Positions 44,593 to 58,799 of a stretch of DNA of 64,000 bases are shown one piece after another (the stretch's first letter is position 1; each line of letters begins with the position of its first letter). The position numbers and the translations under genes were made by a program. The stretch is from an uncultured Planctomycetaceae bacterium (GTDB lineage Bacteria > Planctomycetota > Planctomycetia > Isosphaerales > Isosphaeraceae), in NCBI GenBank assembly GCA_963833985.1, contig CAWIAD010000002.1, positions 4,896,001-4,960,000 on the forward strand, read 5' to 3'. Below the pieces are notes generated by a model, which was not told where the DNA came from, searched no databases, and saw only the letters and a program-made list of their open reading frames with translations.

Positions 44593-45117
44593 ATGAGCGG
44601 ACTGCGGCTGGACCTGCTCCGGCGTGCTGCCGAGGTCTACATCCGGATTGCTTACCCCTCCGGGGATGTTCCGGAGATCGTCCGCCGCCGGCTGGTATGG
44701 TCGGACGGACCCCTTGCCGAGGGTATCCTGGTCAGCCCTCCGTTCGAGCGCGCAGGTAAGGTACCGGGGCACCAGACGCCCATCTACGCCCTGCGCCTGG
44801 GCAACCTGCGCTACCCGCACATGAAGCTCCAGATCCAGACCTGGGAGAACGACGCCGGTTTCATGCTCTCGGTCAACACGCACGACCAGGTCGCCGGACT
44901 TGACGTGGGAGCGGCCGACGCACAGGCGTTCCGGGAATTGCAGACGGAAAACCAGCGGCTCAAAGAGGCAATCGAGCAAGCCTGGGAGGACGAGGGATTG
45001 CCCACCTTCCTGAGCTACCTGAGAAATTACATCCTGCGGCAGTCACAAGATCCGGTTGATCAGCGGAACCAGGAGCCAGGTTCCGAAGCCCCCATGGATC
45101 GACCCACACAGGGTTGA
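44593..45117 (+). CDS. Hypothetical protein
   Basis: Coding-like ORF with YALRLGNLRYPHMKL and NTHD motifs; function unknown. Confidence 0.7.
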   Translation: MSGLRLDLLRRAAEVYIRIAYPSGDVPEIVRRRLVWSDGPLAEGILVSPPFERAGKVPGHQTPIYALRLGNLRYPHMKLQIQTWENDAGFMLSVNTHDQVAGLDVGAADAQAFRELQTENQRLKEAIEQAWEDEGLPTFLSYLRNYILRQSQDPVDQRNQEPGSEAPMDRPTQG

Positions 45118-46376
45118 GTCGGAGAGGTGCTCGAGTCGGAGATTGCTGGAACACCGTCGCGCACGCCGGCCGGTACTCCGAGATTCTGTTCCGGCGCGGG
45201 CCTGTTCGTCGCTGGCTGGCGGCGCGGCAAGAGAAACGCGAACGAAGAGCCGCGCTCCGGACTGCTTTGCACTTCCACCCGTCCGCCATGGAGCTCCACG
45301 AAGGTCTTCACCAGGCAGAGCCCCAGACCAATTCCCCGCTTGCCGAACTGATAGTCCCCCGAAGAATGGTGGAGCGTATCGAACCCGGTGAAGAAGGGCT
45401 CGAAAAGATATTGCTGCTCGCTGGGGTGGACGCCGACTCCCTGGTCCGAGACGATCACGCGGACCCAGTCTCGGTCCTCCGGCACGACGACGGCACGGAT
45501 GGTCCCTCCGTCGGGAGTGAATTTGATGGCGTTGGCCAGCAGGTTGATGAGGACGTCCACGATCTTCGAGGAATCCGCCTCGATCGGTCCGACCTGGGGA
45601 TCAACCTGCACTTCCACGGATTGGCCGCGCACCTCGAGATAGGGGCTCAATTCCTCGATCGCGCCCTTCAGCAGCGGTTCGAGGTGAACGGTCTGCAAGT
45701 CGAGCGCATTGTCGAACTCGTTGTGCTTCACCAGCAGCAACATCCTCTGAACGATCCGGGCCAGCCGCCTGGCAGCGCCGTTGATTCGCTCCACCCACTG
45801 CCGCTCCGAGCTGGCGGAGTCTTCCTTGAGTGAGAGCTTCCAGAGATCGGTCAGCCCCAGGATGACGGTCACGGGTGTGTTCAACTCGTGGCTGGCGACC
45901 TCCAGGAACAGTCCTTTGAGCCGGATGGCTTCGGTCAGCTTGGAGTTGGCAGTCTGCAACTCGGTGAGCAGTGTGTTCTTCTCGACGACCAGGTCGTAGC
46001 GTTCGACGGCCTGGCGGACCACCGAATCCAGTTCATCCGGCTCCCAGGGCTTGGTGATATAGCGAAAGACGTGGCCTTGATTGATGGCGTCAATGACTGC
46101 GTGTAAGTCCGCGTAAGCGGTGAACAGGAGCCGGGTGGTCTCGGGACGGATCAAACGGGCCTGCTGGAGCAGCTCCACGCCGCTCATTCCTGGCATTCTC
46201 TGGTCGGAGAGAATGACGGCGATGTCCGCATCCTCTTTCAGACGTTCAATCGCGTCGTTTCCGTGCTGGCAGGTGAGGACCTCGTAGTCGATGCGTAGCA
46301 GGTCATGGACCGAGCGCAAGACGTCGATCTCATCATCGACCACAAGGATCTTCCGGCCGGACCGGGTGCGTTGCAT
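45060..46376 (-). CDS. Hybrid receiver-histidine kinase (cytoplasmic)
   Basis: REC (LVVDDE, SDQRMPGMSG, KPW), H-box ASHELNTP, NAIKF, DQGVG, GIGLGL. Confidence 0.93.
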   Translation of the reverse strand: MQRTRSGRKILVVDDEIDVLRSVHDLLRIDYEVLTCQHGNDAIERLKEDADIAVILSDQRMPGMSGVELLQQARLIRPETTRLLFTAYADLHAVIDAINQGHVFRYITKPWEPDELDSVVRQAVERYDLVVEKNTLLTELQTANSKLTEAIRLKGLFLEVASHELNTPVTVILGLTDLWKLSLKEDSASSERQWVERINGAARRLARIVQRMLLLVKHNEFDNALDLQTVHLEPLLKGAIEELSPYLEVRGQSVEVQVDPQVGPIEADSSKIVDVLINLLANAIKFTPDGGTIRAVVVPEDRDWVRVIVSDQGVGVHPSEQQYLFEPFFTGFDTLHHSSGDYQFGKRGIGLGLCLVKTFVELHGGRVEVQSSPERGSSFAFLLPRRQPATNRPAPEQNLGVPAGVRDGVPAISDSSTSPTQPCVGRSMGASEPGSWFR

Positions 46377-46543
46377 GGACGAGCTTCCCAGGCTGATTCG
46401 AGTGCCCCGCGAAATTCCGGACAGGCACTTTGGCGGCCGCGGGTTGCGATGGCGAGGCTGCCACGGCTGGACCGGGTCACACTCCAGCCTATCTTATTCC
46501 TTGGGGAAGTGATCGCCAGCGACCTCGCCTGCGGTCGACGTGA

Positions 46544-47383
46544 TCACAACGATCGGGAAGACCCGAAACGCTTGATGAGCGTAACCTCGTTTCCCGTTTC
46601 GTTATAGCGCATTTCGTCGACCATTCCCTGGCAGATCAGGAGACCAAAGCCACCAGCCCTGAGCCCTAGTTTTTCACGAACATCCAGATGAGTGAACGGG
46701 TCGTCGGGAATGGCCGCGTGGGGCAGGTGCATGCGGTTGAAGCCCTTGCCCTGGTCGCGGACCACGATCTCCAGGTGGTCCTCATGGATGCGATAAATGA
46801 TTCTCACCGGCCGCTCGGCCTGGTGCTGGTTGCCCCACTCGATGGCATTATGAGCCATTTCCATGACGGCTTGCCGGAGCTGCATGACCTGCTCGCCGGA
46901 AAGCGGCGTCGTCTGGCAAACATGCATCAAGAAGTTATTGAGGTCCTGGAGCAGGGTGATCTCGCTGTTCAGCTCCACGCTGACCTCCCCGCGGAGCAGC
47001 CGTTCCGCCATGCTGGCGCGCCAGGAGCGGGCCGACGAGATGGCCTGGAACAGCTCATCCACGCCATAGGGCTTGGCGACATAGGCGTTGGCACCGACCC
47101 GGAAGCCGTGGACGCGGTGCTGCATATCGCTCAGCGCCGTGAGCATGACAATGGGAATCAGCATGGTTGCCCGGTCAAGCCGGAGCTGGCGGCAGACGTC
47201 GAAGCCGTTGATGTCGGGAAGCATGAGGTCCAGCAGCAGGACATCCGGCACGTGCTCGCGGGCCAGCATCAATGCCGTCTTGCCGTCCTCGGCAATGATC
47301 GTCTTGAAGTCGCGCGTTCCAAGAATCCGGGCCACGAGCCGCGCTTGATCCGGATGGTCTTCCACGATCAGAGCCGTCGCCAT
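46544..47383 (-). CDS. Response-regulator receiver fused to an RsbW-like HATPase_c (anti-sigma kinase) domain
   Basis: LIVED, LDLMLP, KPY; then EMAHNAIEWGN, DQGKGF, GGFGL. Confidence 0.85.
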   Translation of the reverse strand: MATALIVEDHPDQARLVARILGTRDFKTIIAEDGKTALMLAREHVPDVLLLDLMLPDINGFDVCRQLRLDRATMLIPIVMLTALSDMQHRVHGFRVGANAYVAKPYGVDELFQAISSARSWRASMAERLLRGEVSVELNSEITLLQDLNNFLMHVCQTTPLSGEQVMQLRQAVMEMAHNAIEWGNQHQAERPVRIIYRIHEDHLEIVVRDQGKGFNRMHLPHAAIPDDPFTHLDVREKLGLRAGGFGLLICQGMVDEMRYNETGNEVTLIKRFGSSRSL

Positions 47384-47495
47384 CGTTCTGTCCCCTGCGA
47401 GGCGGTTCCTTGCCTCGAATCGACGTGGTCCCCGCGCCGGGCCCTCTTCCTGGTTCCCGGACGCCTGGGCCAGGTCGGGCTCGCGCTGGGCTGTC

Positions 47496-48491
47496 TCACG
47501 AGACATGCAATTCGACGACGTCGGAATCATGCAACTCATGGTCCCTCTTGACGGTCTGGCCATCGAAGACGCCTTGACCCCAGATCCGGGCGAATTTCAA
47601 GCCACTCTCGACTTCCTTGTGAATATCTCTGGCAAGGTCCAGGACGCAACTGCCGATGGGCAGTGTGAAGGGATGGGACCGATCGACCGGCTTGCCAGGG
47701 ACTTTCGTGTAGACGCGCAGCAGACCCAGTAAATGGTATGCAGCATCACGCAATGTTTCCAGTCCTTCCCCGCGGTGCACGGAGACCGGGCAAATGGGAA
47801 AGCGGCTGCCCATCCAGTCGCGAACGATCTCGAGCCGCTCAGGGGCTCCTTCAGCCTCCATCTTGCTGGCAACCAGCAACGTCTTGACGTGGCGGATCGA
47901 TTCATCGTCCACGTCAAACGGCAGCGTTCCGACCAGTTCGGTGTGCACCGCGGCCAGCCGCTCAAGCACCGCGCCGGTCGCCTCGACGACATCCTCCTGA
48001 CTCATGTCGGCCACCAGCAGCGCGGCGTCCGCGGAACGGATGACGCCGGGAACCCAGGGCTCGAGGAACTCCGGCGAAACCGGCGGCAGGTCCACGAGCT
48101 GGATTGGCACGTCCTGCCACATCAGGATTCCGGGCTGCGGTGTCCTGGTCGTGAACGGGTAGGCGGCCACCTCGGGATGCGCCTGAGTGAGAGCCGTCAG
48201 CAGCGCGCTCTTGCCCGCGTTGGGTGCTCCCACCAGCGCAATCTGTCCGGCCCCCTCATGCGGTACACGAAAGCTCGGTCCAGACTTCTTGCCGCTCCCC
48301 TTGCCGCTCTCCAGCTCGTCCTTGAGCCGGCTCATCTTCTGCTTGAGGTCCGACTGGAGCTTCTCGGTGCCCTTGTGCTTGGGAAGCAGCCGGTACATCT
48401 CGCGCAATTTTTCAAGGCGATCTCCGGGCGTCGAAGCGGCCCGGAACTCTTGCTCGGCCTTGAGGTACTGGGGCGGGAGATTTGCCGGCAT
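47496..48491 (-). CDS. Obg/DRG-family GTPase with TGS domain
   Basis: MPANLPPQY, PKHKGTEKL, GAPNAGKS, YPFTT; C-terminal TGS (RVYTK...DSDVVELH). Confidence 0.88.
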   Translation of the reverse strand: MPANLPPQYLKAEQEFRAASTPGDRLEKLREMYRLLPKHKGTEKLQSDLKQKMSRLKDELESGKGSGKKSGPSFRVPHEGAGQIALVGAPNAGKSALLTALTQAHPEVAAYPFTTRTPQPGILMWQDVPIQLVDLPPVSPEFLEPWVPGVIRSADAALLVADMSQEDVVEATGAVLERLAAVHTELVGTLPFDVDDESIRHVKTLLVASKMEAEGAPERLEIVRDWMGSRFPICPVSVHRGEGLETLRDAAYHLLGLLRVYTKVPGKPVDRSHPFTLPIGSCVLDLARDIHKEVESGLKFARIWGQGVFDGQTVKRDHELHDSDVVELHVS

Positions 48492-48614
48492 CGCGGAAAC
48501 TCTCCACGGCGCTTGAAGATGCTCTCCAGAACCCTAGCGTGTTCGGAGATGCTTTGCAAGAGCCCGGCGTGTTTCCGCCTCATGGCCGGTTCGCGGCTGT
48601 CCGGACGGGCCTGA

Positions 48615-49673
48615 CTACGCTGGCGAATGCTCGTGATGCGCCGCATCCGGCAGTTCGTTGTTCAGGGCGGCCGCTTTCTCGGTCAATGCGGTGGCCCACG
48701 ACGGCGACACCGCCGACTGGCTCTCCCGGCCCCGTGCCGTGTTACGGCCGATGCCCCCGGCATCCGGAAGCATCCAGCTCGCCAGGCCAAGCAGATCTGC
48801 GGTGAATTCCGGAAACAGTCCATGGAACCGGACCGCGACCTGCGCGGGAAGCGTGAGGAGAAGCTCGGCGTCACCATACTGGCAGGCGCGGATGATCCGT
48901 CGCGCGGCCGCCGTGGCGCTCGTGGAGAGAACCGGCACCGAATCGCTGATGCTGAACCACGCGTACTCGGCGCGGTGCTTTCCCTTGAACAGCGCGTTCC
49001 GCGGGCTGCCGGTGCGCATCAGGCCCGGGATCACCGTCGTCACGTAGATGCCGGTGCCGGCCAGCTCGGCACGCAGGCCTTCGGAGAACCCCGTGAGTGC
49101 GAACTTGCTTACCCCGTAGGGCAGCAGGTGTGGCACACTGATCTTGCCGCCGATCGACGACACGTTGACGATCCTCCCGGCTCCCCTGTTCCGCATCCCG
49201 GGAAGGACCGCCTGCGTGGTGTACAGGGGCCCCCAGAAATGAGTTCGCAGCGCCTGCTCATAATCGTCCAGCGTTGTCACCTCGAAGGGCCCAACCTGGA
49301 TCACTCCCGCGTTGTTGACCAGGACATCGATCCGGCCGAAGCGATCGATCACGAGATCAACCAGGGCGTCGACGTCTTCCCGGCGTGTCACGTCGCAGGC
49401 AATGGCCAGCACGTCGGCACCCTGTCCGGAAAGCTCGTCCCGGGCGCGCTTCAGCTCGGCGTCGTCACGCGCGCAGAGGGCCAGCCGCGCGCCGTGGCTG
49501 GCAAGCTGGCGTGCCAGCACCAGCCCCAGTCCACGCGAGCCGCCAGTCACCAGCACCACCCGGCCCGCCAGCGGCAAGTAACGCCGTTCCCGGGCAATCC
49601 GGCGAATGGCCAGTACCGAACCGAAGGACGCTGCCGCCAGGGCAGCCGCCTTCCATGTGCTCCTGTTCATCAT
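48615..49673 (-). CDS. SDR family oxidoreductase
   Basis: TGGSRGLG, NNAG, YGVSK motifs. Confidence 0.92.
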   Translation of the reverse strand: MMNRSTWKAAALAAASFGSVLAIRRIARERRYLPLAGRVVLVTGGSRGLGLVLARQLASHGARLALCARDDAELKRARDELSGQGADVLAIACDVTRREDVDALVDLVIDRFGRIDVLVNNAGVIQVGPFEVTTLDDYEQALRTHFWGPLYTTQAVLPGMRNRGAGRIVNVSSIGGKISVPHLLPYGVSKFALTGFSEGLRAELAGTGIYVTTVIPGLMRTGSPRNALFKGKHRAEYAWFSISDSVPVLSTSATAAARRIIRACQYGDAELLLTLPAQVAVRFHGLFPEFTADLLGLASWMLPDAGGIGRNTARGRESQSAVSPSWATALTEKAAALNNELPDAAHHEHSPA

Positions 49674-49798
49674 CAGGCTCCCGCCGGACTAGAGAGCCGG
49701 TCATGCAAGCCGGCTCCGGATACGGGTGGACCGCGTCACGGACCGTGGATCGGAGGGTCCTTCAGGTGGCGAGGCTGCTCCCATGGTCATTCGACATC

Positions 49799-49814
49799 AG
49801 CAAATTCCTTGCCG
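49799..49814 (-). promoter_or_regulatory. Putative sigma-54 -24/-12 promoter for the SDR gene
   Basis: Minus strand reads cGGcaaggaattTGCt: GG-N10-GC spacing, ~125 bp upstream of the start. Confidence 0.5.
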
Positions 49815-49870
49815 CCCGCGCTGGCGGTGCGAGGCCGGGCCGACGCCACGCCGCTCGGGAATTGCCGTGC

Positions 49871-49886
49871 TGGAACAGGAGTTGCA
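49871..49886 (+). promoter_or_regulatory. Putative sigma-54 -24/-12 promoter
   Basis: tGGaacaggagtTGCa: GG-N10-GC, ~80 bp upstream of ATG 49967. Confidence 0.5.
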
Positions 49887-49966
49887 GAGAATCACATGAC
49901 CGCCCGCAGAAAGGTTTCACCGGCCTTTTTGCCAGCACGAGTGCTCTTCAACAGGAGGCAAATGGG

Positions 49967-50263
49967 ATGAGCCAGACGACAAGCCAGATCGGCATGGGCC
50001 ACGCATCGAACTTCGGGCGTCCCGGCCGTGCCGATCATCGCGAAGGGATGATTGCCCGGACGATCGAGGAACAGACGGCCAGACTTCCTTCCGATGTCTT
50101 CCTCTGGGCGGCAGGGGCCTCCATCATCGGCTCGCTGACGCTGCATTTTTCGGGACGCAAGGCGGAGAGTCTGTTCGTCGGCCAGTGGGCGCCCACGCTG
50201 CTGATCCTCGGGCTGTACAACAAGATCGTCAAGGTCGCCGGCTCGGATTCCGAAGGCGGTTAA
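49967..50263 (+). CDS. Small membrane protein (hypothetical)
   Basis: 98 aa after AGGAGG; two TMs; FVGQWAPT...GLYNKIVK. Confidence 0.75.
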   Translation: MSQTTSQIGMGHASNFGRPGRADHREGMIARTIEEQTARLPSDVFLWAAGASIIGSLTLHFSGRKAESLFVGQWAPTLLILGLYNKIVKVAGSDSEGG

Positions 50264-50287
50264 GCGCTCCCGGGATCGACGCGCCGC

Positions 50288-50322
50288 TTGCCCCGCCCGG
50301 GACGCCATTCCGGGCGGGGCAA
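50288..50322. terminator. GC-rich hairpin (terminator or RNA stabiliser)
   Basis: Perfect 13-bp stem ttgccccgcccgg/ccgggcggggcaa with a 9-nt loop; no U-tract. Confidence 0.5.
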
Positions 50323-50403
50323 CAGCCCGGGGCTGCTGGCCCGACTGGTTCGCCTCTCGCCTCTGACGTGCCATCCATTCCCGCCCACCCCGAAGGAACC
50401 GAT

Positions 50404-50862
50404 ATGCTGACGATCGAGCAGGAGGTGAATATCAAAAAGGTTGCCACGATGATACGCGGCATCAAGGTCGCCATGTTGACGACGGTCTGTGCGGACAGAA
50501 CCCTGCGCAGCCGGCCCATGGCTGCGCAGGAGGCCGAATTCGACGGTACGCTCTGGTTCTTCAGCAGGGCCAGTTCGGGCAAGTCACACGAGATTCGCCA
50601 TGACGAGCAGGTGAATGTCAGCTACGTTGCCGCGGACGAACACCGCTACGTTTCTTTGACGGGACGCGCCAGCGTGGTCCAGGACCGCGAGAAGATGAGC
50701 GAACTCTGGCAGCCGGCCTACAGGGCGTGGTTTCCCCAGGGCCTGGATAATGCGGACATGGCGCTGCTGAAGGTGGACGTCGACCGCGCCGAGTCCTGGG
50801 ATATGCTGTCGTCGTCGATGATCAGTCTGTTCGATCTAGGAGGGGTCAGCGAAGAGGGGTAG
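50404..50862 (+). CDS. General stress protein 26 / pyridoxamine 5'-phosphate oxidase-like protein
   Basis: AMLTT...SRPM...GTLWFF...VNVSY...YVSLTG...AWFPQG. Confidence 0.88.
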   Translation: MLTIEQEVNIKKVATMIRGIKVAMLTTVCADRTLRSRPMAAQEAEFDGTLWFFSRASSGKSHEIRHDEQVNVSYVAADEHRYVSLTGRASVVQDREKMSELWQPAYRAWFPQGLDNADMALLKVDVDRAESWDMLSSSMISLFDLGGVSEEG

Positions 50863-50938
50863 ACGCACACGAGCCTGGGGCCCGGCAGGAGAGCCTGGGT
50901 GCTTCCGCGGGCAGGCACAATCAAGCGTGGAAGATCCT

Positions 50939-50965
50939 CGGCCGGCCCGGTTTTCAGGCCGGCCG
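50939..50965. terminator. Hairpin between convergent genes
   Basis: cggccggcc-N9-ggccggccg. Confidence 0.45.
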
Positions 50966-50980
50966 ATGGTACTTATGGTC

Positions 50981-51331
50981 TCAGTTGGCCGCCTTCTTCT
51001 TCGTCATCTCCAGCTTCGAGGCCACTCCACCCTCGTGTGTGATCTTGACCTGGATTCCTTCGGCGCCGTTGTCCTGCGCCTTCTGGAGGTACTTCTCGAG
51101 CTTCTCCAGGTCGACCTTGCGAGTTCCCTTCTTGGTGACCTGCTCGGTCTTCTCGGTCACCTTGACCTTGATTTCCTTATCGCTGCCTTTCTCCTTCACG
51201 ACCAGCACCTTGGCGTCGGCATCGACCTTGATGATCGTGCCCATGAGCTCGTCGGCGATCACCGAGCCCACCACGAGCGTCATTGCGACCAGGCCGGTTG
51301 TCAGGCAGAGCACAAATCCGCGGCGGTTCAT
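50981..51331 (-). CDS. Small Lys-rich secreted protein
   Basis: MNRRGFVLCL signal peptide followed by a beta-rich basic domain. Confidence 0.75.
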   Translation of the reverse strand: MNRRGFVLCLTTGLVAMTLVVGSVIADELMGTIIKVDADAKVLVVKEKGSDKEIKVKVTEKTEQVTKKGTRKVDLEKLEKYLQKAQDNGAEGIQVKITHEGGVASKLEMTKKKAAN

Positions 51332-51555
51332 CCGAATTCCTCCGACATGCAGGGAATACTTCTCACTCGGCCGCGGGCCGCGTGCGTTCCGGGAATCGGC
51401 TGCCGCAACGACCCCACATCCGGCCGGGTGCTGGCCACTCAAGGGGGCTCGTCTGCTGGCAGCGCACAGCTCTGGCCAGCACTCGAGCCCGATGCGCCTC
51501 ACTGACTATAAGTGATCCCACAAGCCAGGAATAGCAACCAGCGTTCGAGCCGCCC

Positions 51556-52798
51556 TCAGGGGTCTCGCGGCAGCACGCTTTGCGCCAGGGCCTGGATCAA
51601 ATCCTTGCCGAAGGCAAGCCGATCCGCGGCGGTGAGCCGGCGGCCCAGTTTCTTGCTGGTGCCGATGCGCTGCTCCATCAGCACCACCGGGATCCCGCGC
51701 TCGTGGTAGAGTGCGTTGGCCGAGTGATCCGGCGGCCCACGGAACCTCGGGCCGTCTGGCGGATCGAAAGAGCTGTGCGCGACGAGCTGGTCGAAAAAGC
51801 GCTGGACCCGCCTGCGCGCTGGCCCGTCCGTGGCCTGCGTCTCCAGGTATTCGTTCGTCTCGGTGTTGTGCAGGTTGACGAACAGGTCGATCGCCGGTGC
51901 GGCACCGGCGCGGCCGACAATGGCCTTCTTCATATACCAGATCTCCGGCATGTGCAGCAGCTGGTGCTTGCTCCGCAGGTCCACTTCGTCCCAGTGCCGG
52001 TTCAGATCATAGCCATTGGCGTTGAAGCGGACCGTCCCGAGGGCACACCCATCCGGGTCGACCATCGGCGTGAACAGGAAGACGACCCTGTTGCGCAGGT
52101 CTTCGGCCGCCGGATCACCGGACGTGATGAACTCGAGCGCTCCCTCCATCACGTAGGACGTTCCGGCCTCCCAGGCATGCTGGCGGGCCTGGAGCCAGAC
52201 GGCCCGCTTGCCGGCGTCGGACCGCTCGAAGTTGGTCACCGTGACCAGGTGCAGGTCTCGACCCCGGGCGGACTTGCCAATCACCTCCAGCCGCGCGGCG
52301 GGCCGCGCCGATCCGATCGAGCACCTGGATGAGCCGGCTGTGCGTGTAGGGCGGCACGTGCGCAATCCAGATCCGGTCGTCGCTGGGGCGGAAATGGAGG
52401 GTCGCCTCGTGCCGCGCTGCGTCCCAGGTCATCGCCGCGAAATGGTGCCAGTGCACGCCGTCGTCGCTGTAAACCGGGACGGTGTCGGCGTCCATCGGGC
52501 ACGCACCCGGCTTGCCATCGTACTCCCCGACCAGGTCTGTGAGCGTCAAGGTGATGGCCCTGCCGGCCACTCCGTCCATGCGGAAGAAGTACCAGTTGGC
52601 CTGCCGGTTACGCCCATGTTCGTCGGACTGGCCGGGCACCGCGCAGCGAAACCGGTGTTCTCCGAGCACCTCCACCTTGCCCAGTGCCGCGCCCTCGAAA
52701 TGGATATTGAAGACGATCTCCGCGGTGCCCTCTGCTTTCGCCGTCGCGACAAGGGCTGCGCAGAGAGCAGGAAGCCACACGATGTTTCCCGAACGCAT
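51556..52798 (-). CDS. M14 zinc carboxypeptidase family protein (frameshift near 52305)
   Basis: Signal peptide, WYFFR N-domain, ARQHAWE (HxxE), DPDG, DLNR, NLH. Confidence 0.85.
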
Positions 52799-52917
52799 CT
52801 CGATTTCCCTCCCGCGACAGTCTGGCTCTCGTCCCGCTTCCGCCTTCGATGTATAACATGCTCGTTCGCCCGTGTCGTGCAGCCGGCACTGGCCTGTCGC
52901 CTGAAAGGGACTCGCCG

Positions 52918-53655
52918 ATGAGAAAGACATTCCGGTCGTACCCGGCTCCCTGCGTTCTTGCGGTCGTCGCACTGGCGTGCCTCGCGGTCGTCGCGGACGA
53001 GCCGGCCGGGGTGCCCAGGGCGTTCCTCGACGGCACCGGACCGGGCTGGCGTGCGCTCGGAGAAGTGGACTTCACGGCGGTGAATTGCGATCCTGACACC
53101 TGGAGCTTCCGGGGCGGCGTGATCCACTGCACGGGCCAGCCGGTGGGCGTGATCCGCACCAGAAAGCCGCTCGTGAACTTCGAGCTCGTGGCCCGCTGGC
53201 GGCACCTCAAACCGGCAGGAAATTCGGGGATCTTCGTCTGGGCGCCCGAGCAAGCCCTCTCGGGTCTGAAGCGGAACGCACTTCCACCCGGCGGCATCGA
53301 GGTCCAGGTGCTCGACAACGGTTACGCCGAACAATATGAAAAGGAAACCGGCAAGAAGCCCGACTGGTTCACCACGCACGGCGACGTGTTCCCTGTCGGT
53401 TCCTCGACGATGAAGCCGTTTCCACCCATCTCGCCCGACGGCTCGCGCAGCTTCCCCCGCAAGCACCTGTCGAAAGGGGTCGGCCAGTGGAACCACTATT
53501 ACGTCCGCTGCATCAACGGCGAGGTGCGTCTCTGGGTCAACGGCGAGGAGGTCTCTGGCGGCACCGCCTGCAAGCCCGCGGCGGGGTTCCTCTGCCTGGA
53601 GTCGGAAGGGGCCCCGGTCGAATTCACTGACCTGCGGCTGCGCGAGCTGCCCTGA
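52918..53655 (+). CDS. DUF1080 (3-keto-disaccharide hydrolase) family protein
   Basis: GNSGIFV, IEVQVLD, GQWNHY, LESEG motifs. Confidence 0.88.
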   Translation: MRKTFRSYPAPCVLAVVALACLAVVADEPAGVPRAFLDGTGPGWRALGEVDFTAVNCDPDTWSFRGGVIHCTGQPVGVIRTRKPLVNFELVARWRHLKPAGNSGIFVWAPEQALSGLKRNALPPGGIEVQVLDNGYAEQYEKETGKKPDWFTTHGDVFPVGSSTMKPFPPISPDGSRSFPRKHLSKGVGQWNHYYVRCINGEVRLWVNGEEVSGGTACKPAAGFLCLESEGAPVEFTDLRLRELP

Positions 53656-53771
53656 GGCACGTCCGTGCGGCTTCCGCCCGCCTCGTCTGGCTGTCATGAG
53701 CACCCGGTTGCAGATGCAGCCAATCGCTGCCGGACGATTCCGTCCGGGTTGGCGGATCACGCCAGGCTCGC

Positions 53772-53801
53772 TTGACAGCCTTGCCGGAATGTCGGGACAA
53801 T
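53772..53801 (+). promoter_or_regulatory. Putative sigma-70 promoter of metH
   Basis: TTGACA-N18-GACAAT. Confidence 0.4.
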
Positions 53802-53918
53802 CAAGACCCATTTGGCTTTACGCCGTGACGGCCAAACCCTGTTCGGCCCCCCAGACAGCTCTCCACGCCCGGGCGCCGGCCGAGATGACGGGATTCGCTT
53901 CCTACCCGACTCGAACGA

Positions 53919-57641
<3,723 letters not shown>

Positions 57642-57682
57642 TTCAGGGCACTCCCGGCGCGGCCGGGCGCACGCGGCATGTT

Positions 57683-57892
57683 CTACCTGGGCCGATCGCC
57701 GGCGGGCCGGGAAGCGATGGCCGAGAGCGACAGCGCGATGTAGGCCAGCGCGACCAGCACCATCAAGCTGCCGGAGTGAAAGTGTGCCGTGCGGAGCGCG
57801 GCCTGGCCGTTCCGGATCAACAGGCCCATGACCATCTGAGCCACGATCAGGATCGCCGAGAGAAGTCCAAGAATAATGAGCAGTGCCTTCAT
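57683..57892 (-). CDS. Small two-TM membrane protein
   Basis: 69 aa, two hydrophobic helices with a central HFHSG. Confidence 0.65.
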   Translation of the reverse strand: MKALLIILGLLSAILIVAQMVMGLLIRNGQAALRTAHFHSGSLMVLVALAYIALSLSAIASRPAGDRPR

Positions 57893-58093
57893 GGAACGAA
57901 CCGACCTTTATTCAAAAGAGACCACAGTGAACCGGCCGCTGTCGCGGGGCGGCTTTCGAGAAGCGCGGGAACGGTTGGCCCGACAGCGCCATCGCATTGA
58001 TTCTCGCGCCCGGGCATCATGGAGGATAGTCGATCATGGCGATGGCGTCATCCGGGAGATGGCGGCGGGCCAGGCACCCTCGAGTGTCCTCCC

Positions 58094-58799
58094 TTGAACC
58101 AGCAGAGCGAGCAGATTCGTCAGAACGTGCAGAGTGTCCAGAGCCGGATCGCGGCAGCCGCGCGCCGGGCGGGACGAGAGCCGTCGTCGGTCCGGCTCGT
58201 CGCCGTCACCAAGAAATGGCCCGTGGAGCTGGTCCGTCCGCTCCTGGCTTGCGGCGTGCTCGACCTCGGCGAGAACTATCCGCAGGAGCTCTGGCGCAAG
58301 GTCGAGGCGCTCTCGGACGCCGATCCCCCCGCGCTGGCACCTCATCGGGCACCTGCAATCAAACAAGGCGCGCCGCACCTTGCCGCTGGTCCGCATGATC
58401 CACGCCGTCGATTCGCTCAAGCTCCTGCAAGGGCTCGACGACCTGGCCGAGAGCGTTTCCAGCCCGCCGGCGATCTGCTTGCAGGTGAATACTTCGGGAG
58501 AGGAGTCCAAGCACGGCTGGTCCGGGGAGAGCCTTTTCGCCGATGCCCAGTCCATCGCAGCCTGCCGGCGAATGCCGATCGTTGGCCTGATGACCATCGC
58601 CGGCTGGGGCACGGATTGCGAGACGGCCAGGCCCTCGTTCGTCCAGCTTCGCCGCATACGTGACGCGCTGCGGGTGCGAACCGGCCTGCCCTTGCCCGAG
58701 CTGTCGATGGGCATGTCCGGAGACTTCGAGGCCGCCGTCGAGGAGGGCGCCACGCTCGTGCGCGTGGGCTCCGCGCTGCTGGATGGAGTGCAGGGATGA
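58094..58799 (+). CDS. yggS: YggS/PLP homeostasis protein (frameshift in C-run near 58330)
   Basis: [36 protein letters not shown]; start approximate. Confidence 0.88.

Noticed and set aside
53656..53918. SAM or cobalamin riboswitch upstream of metH
   Set aside because: No recognisable conserved riboswitch core by eye; an Rfam scan would be needed.
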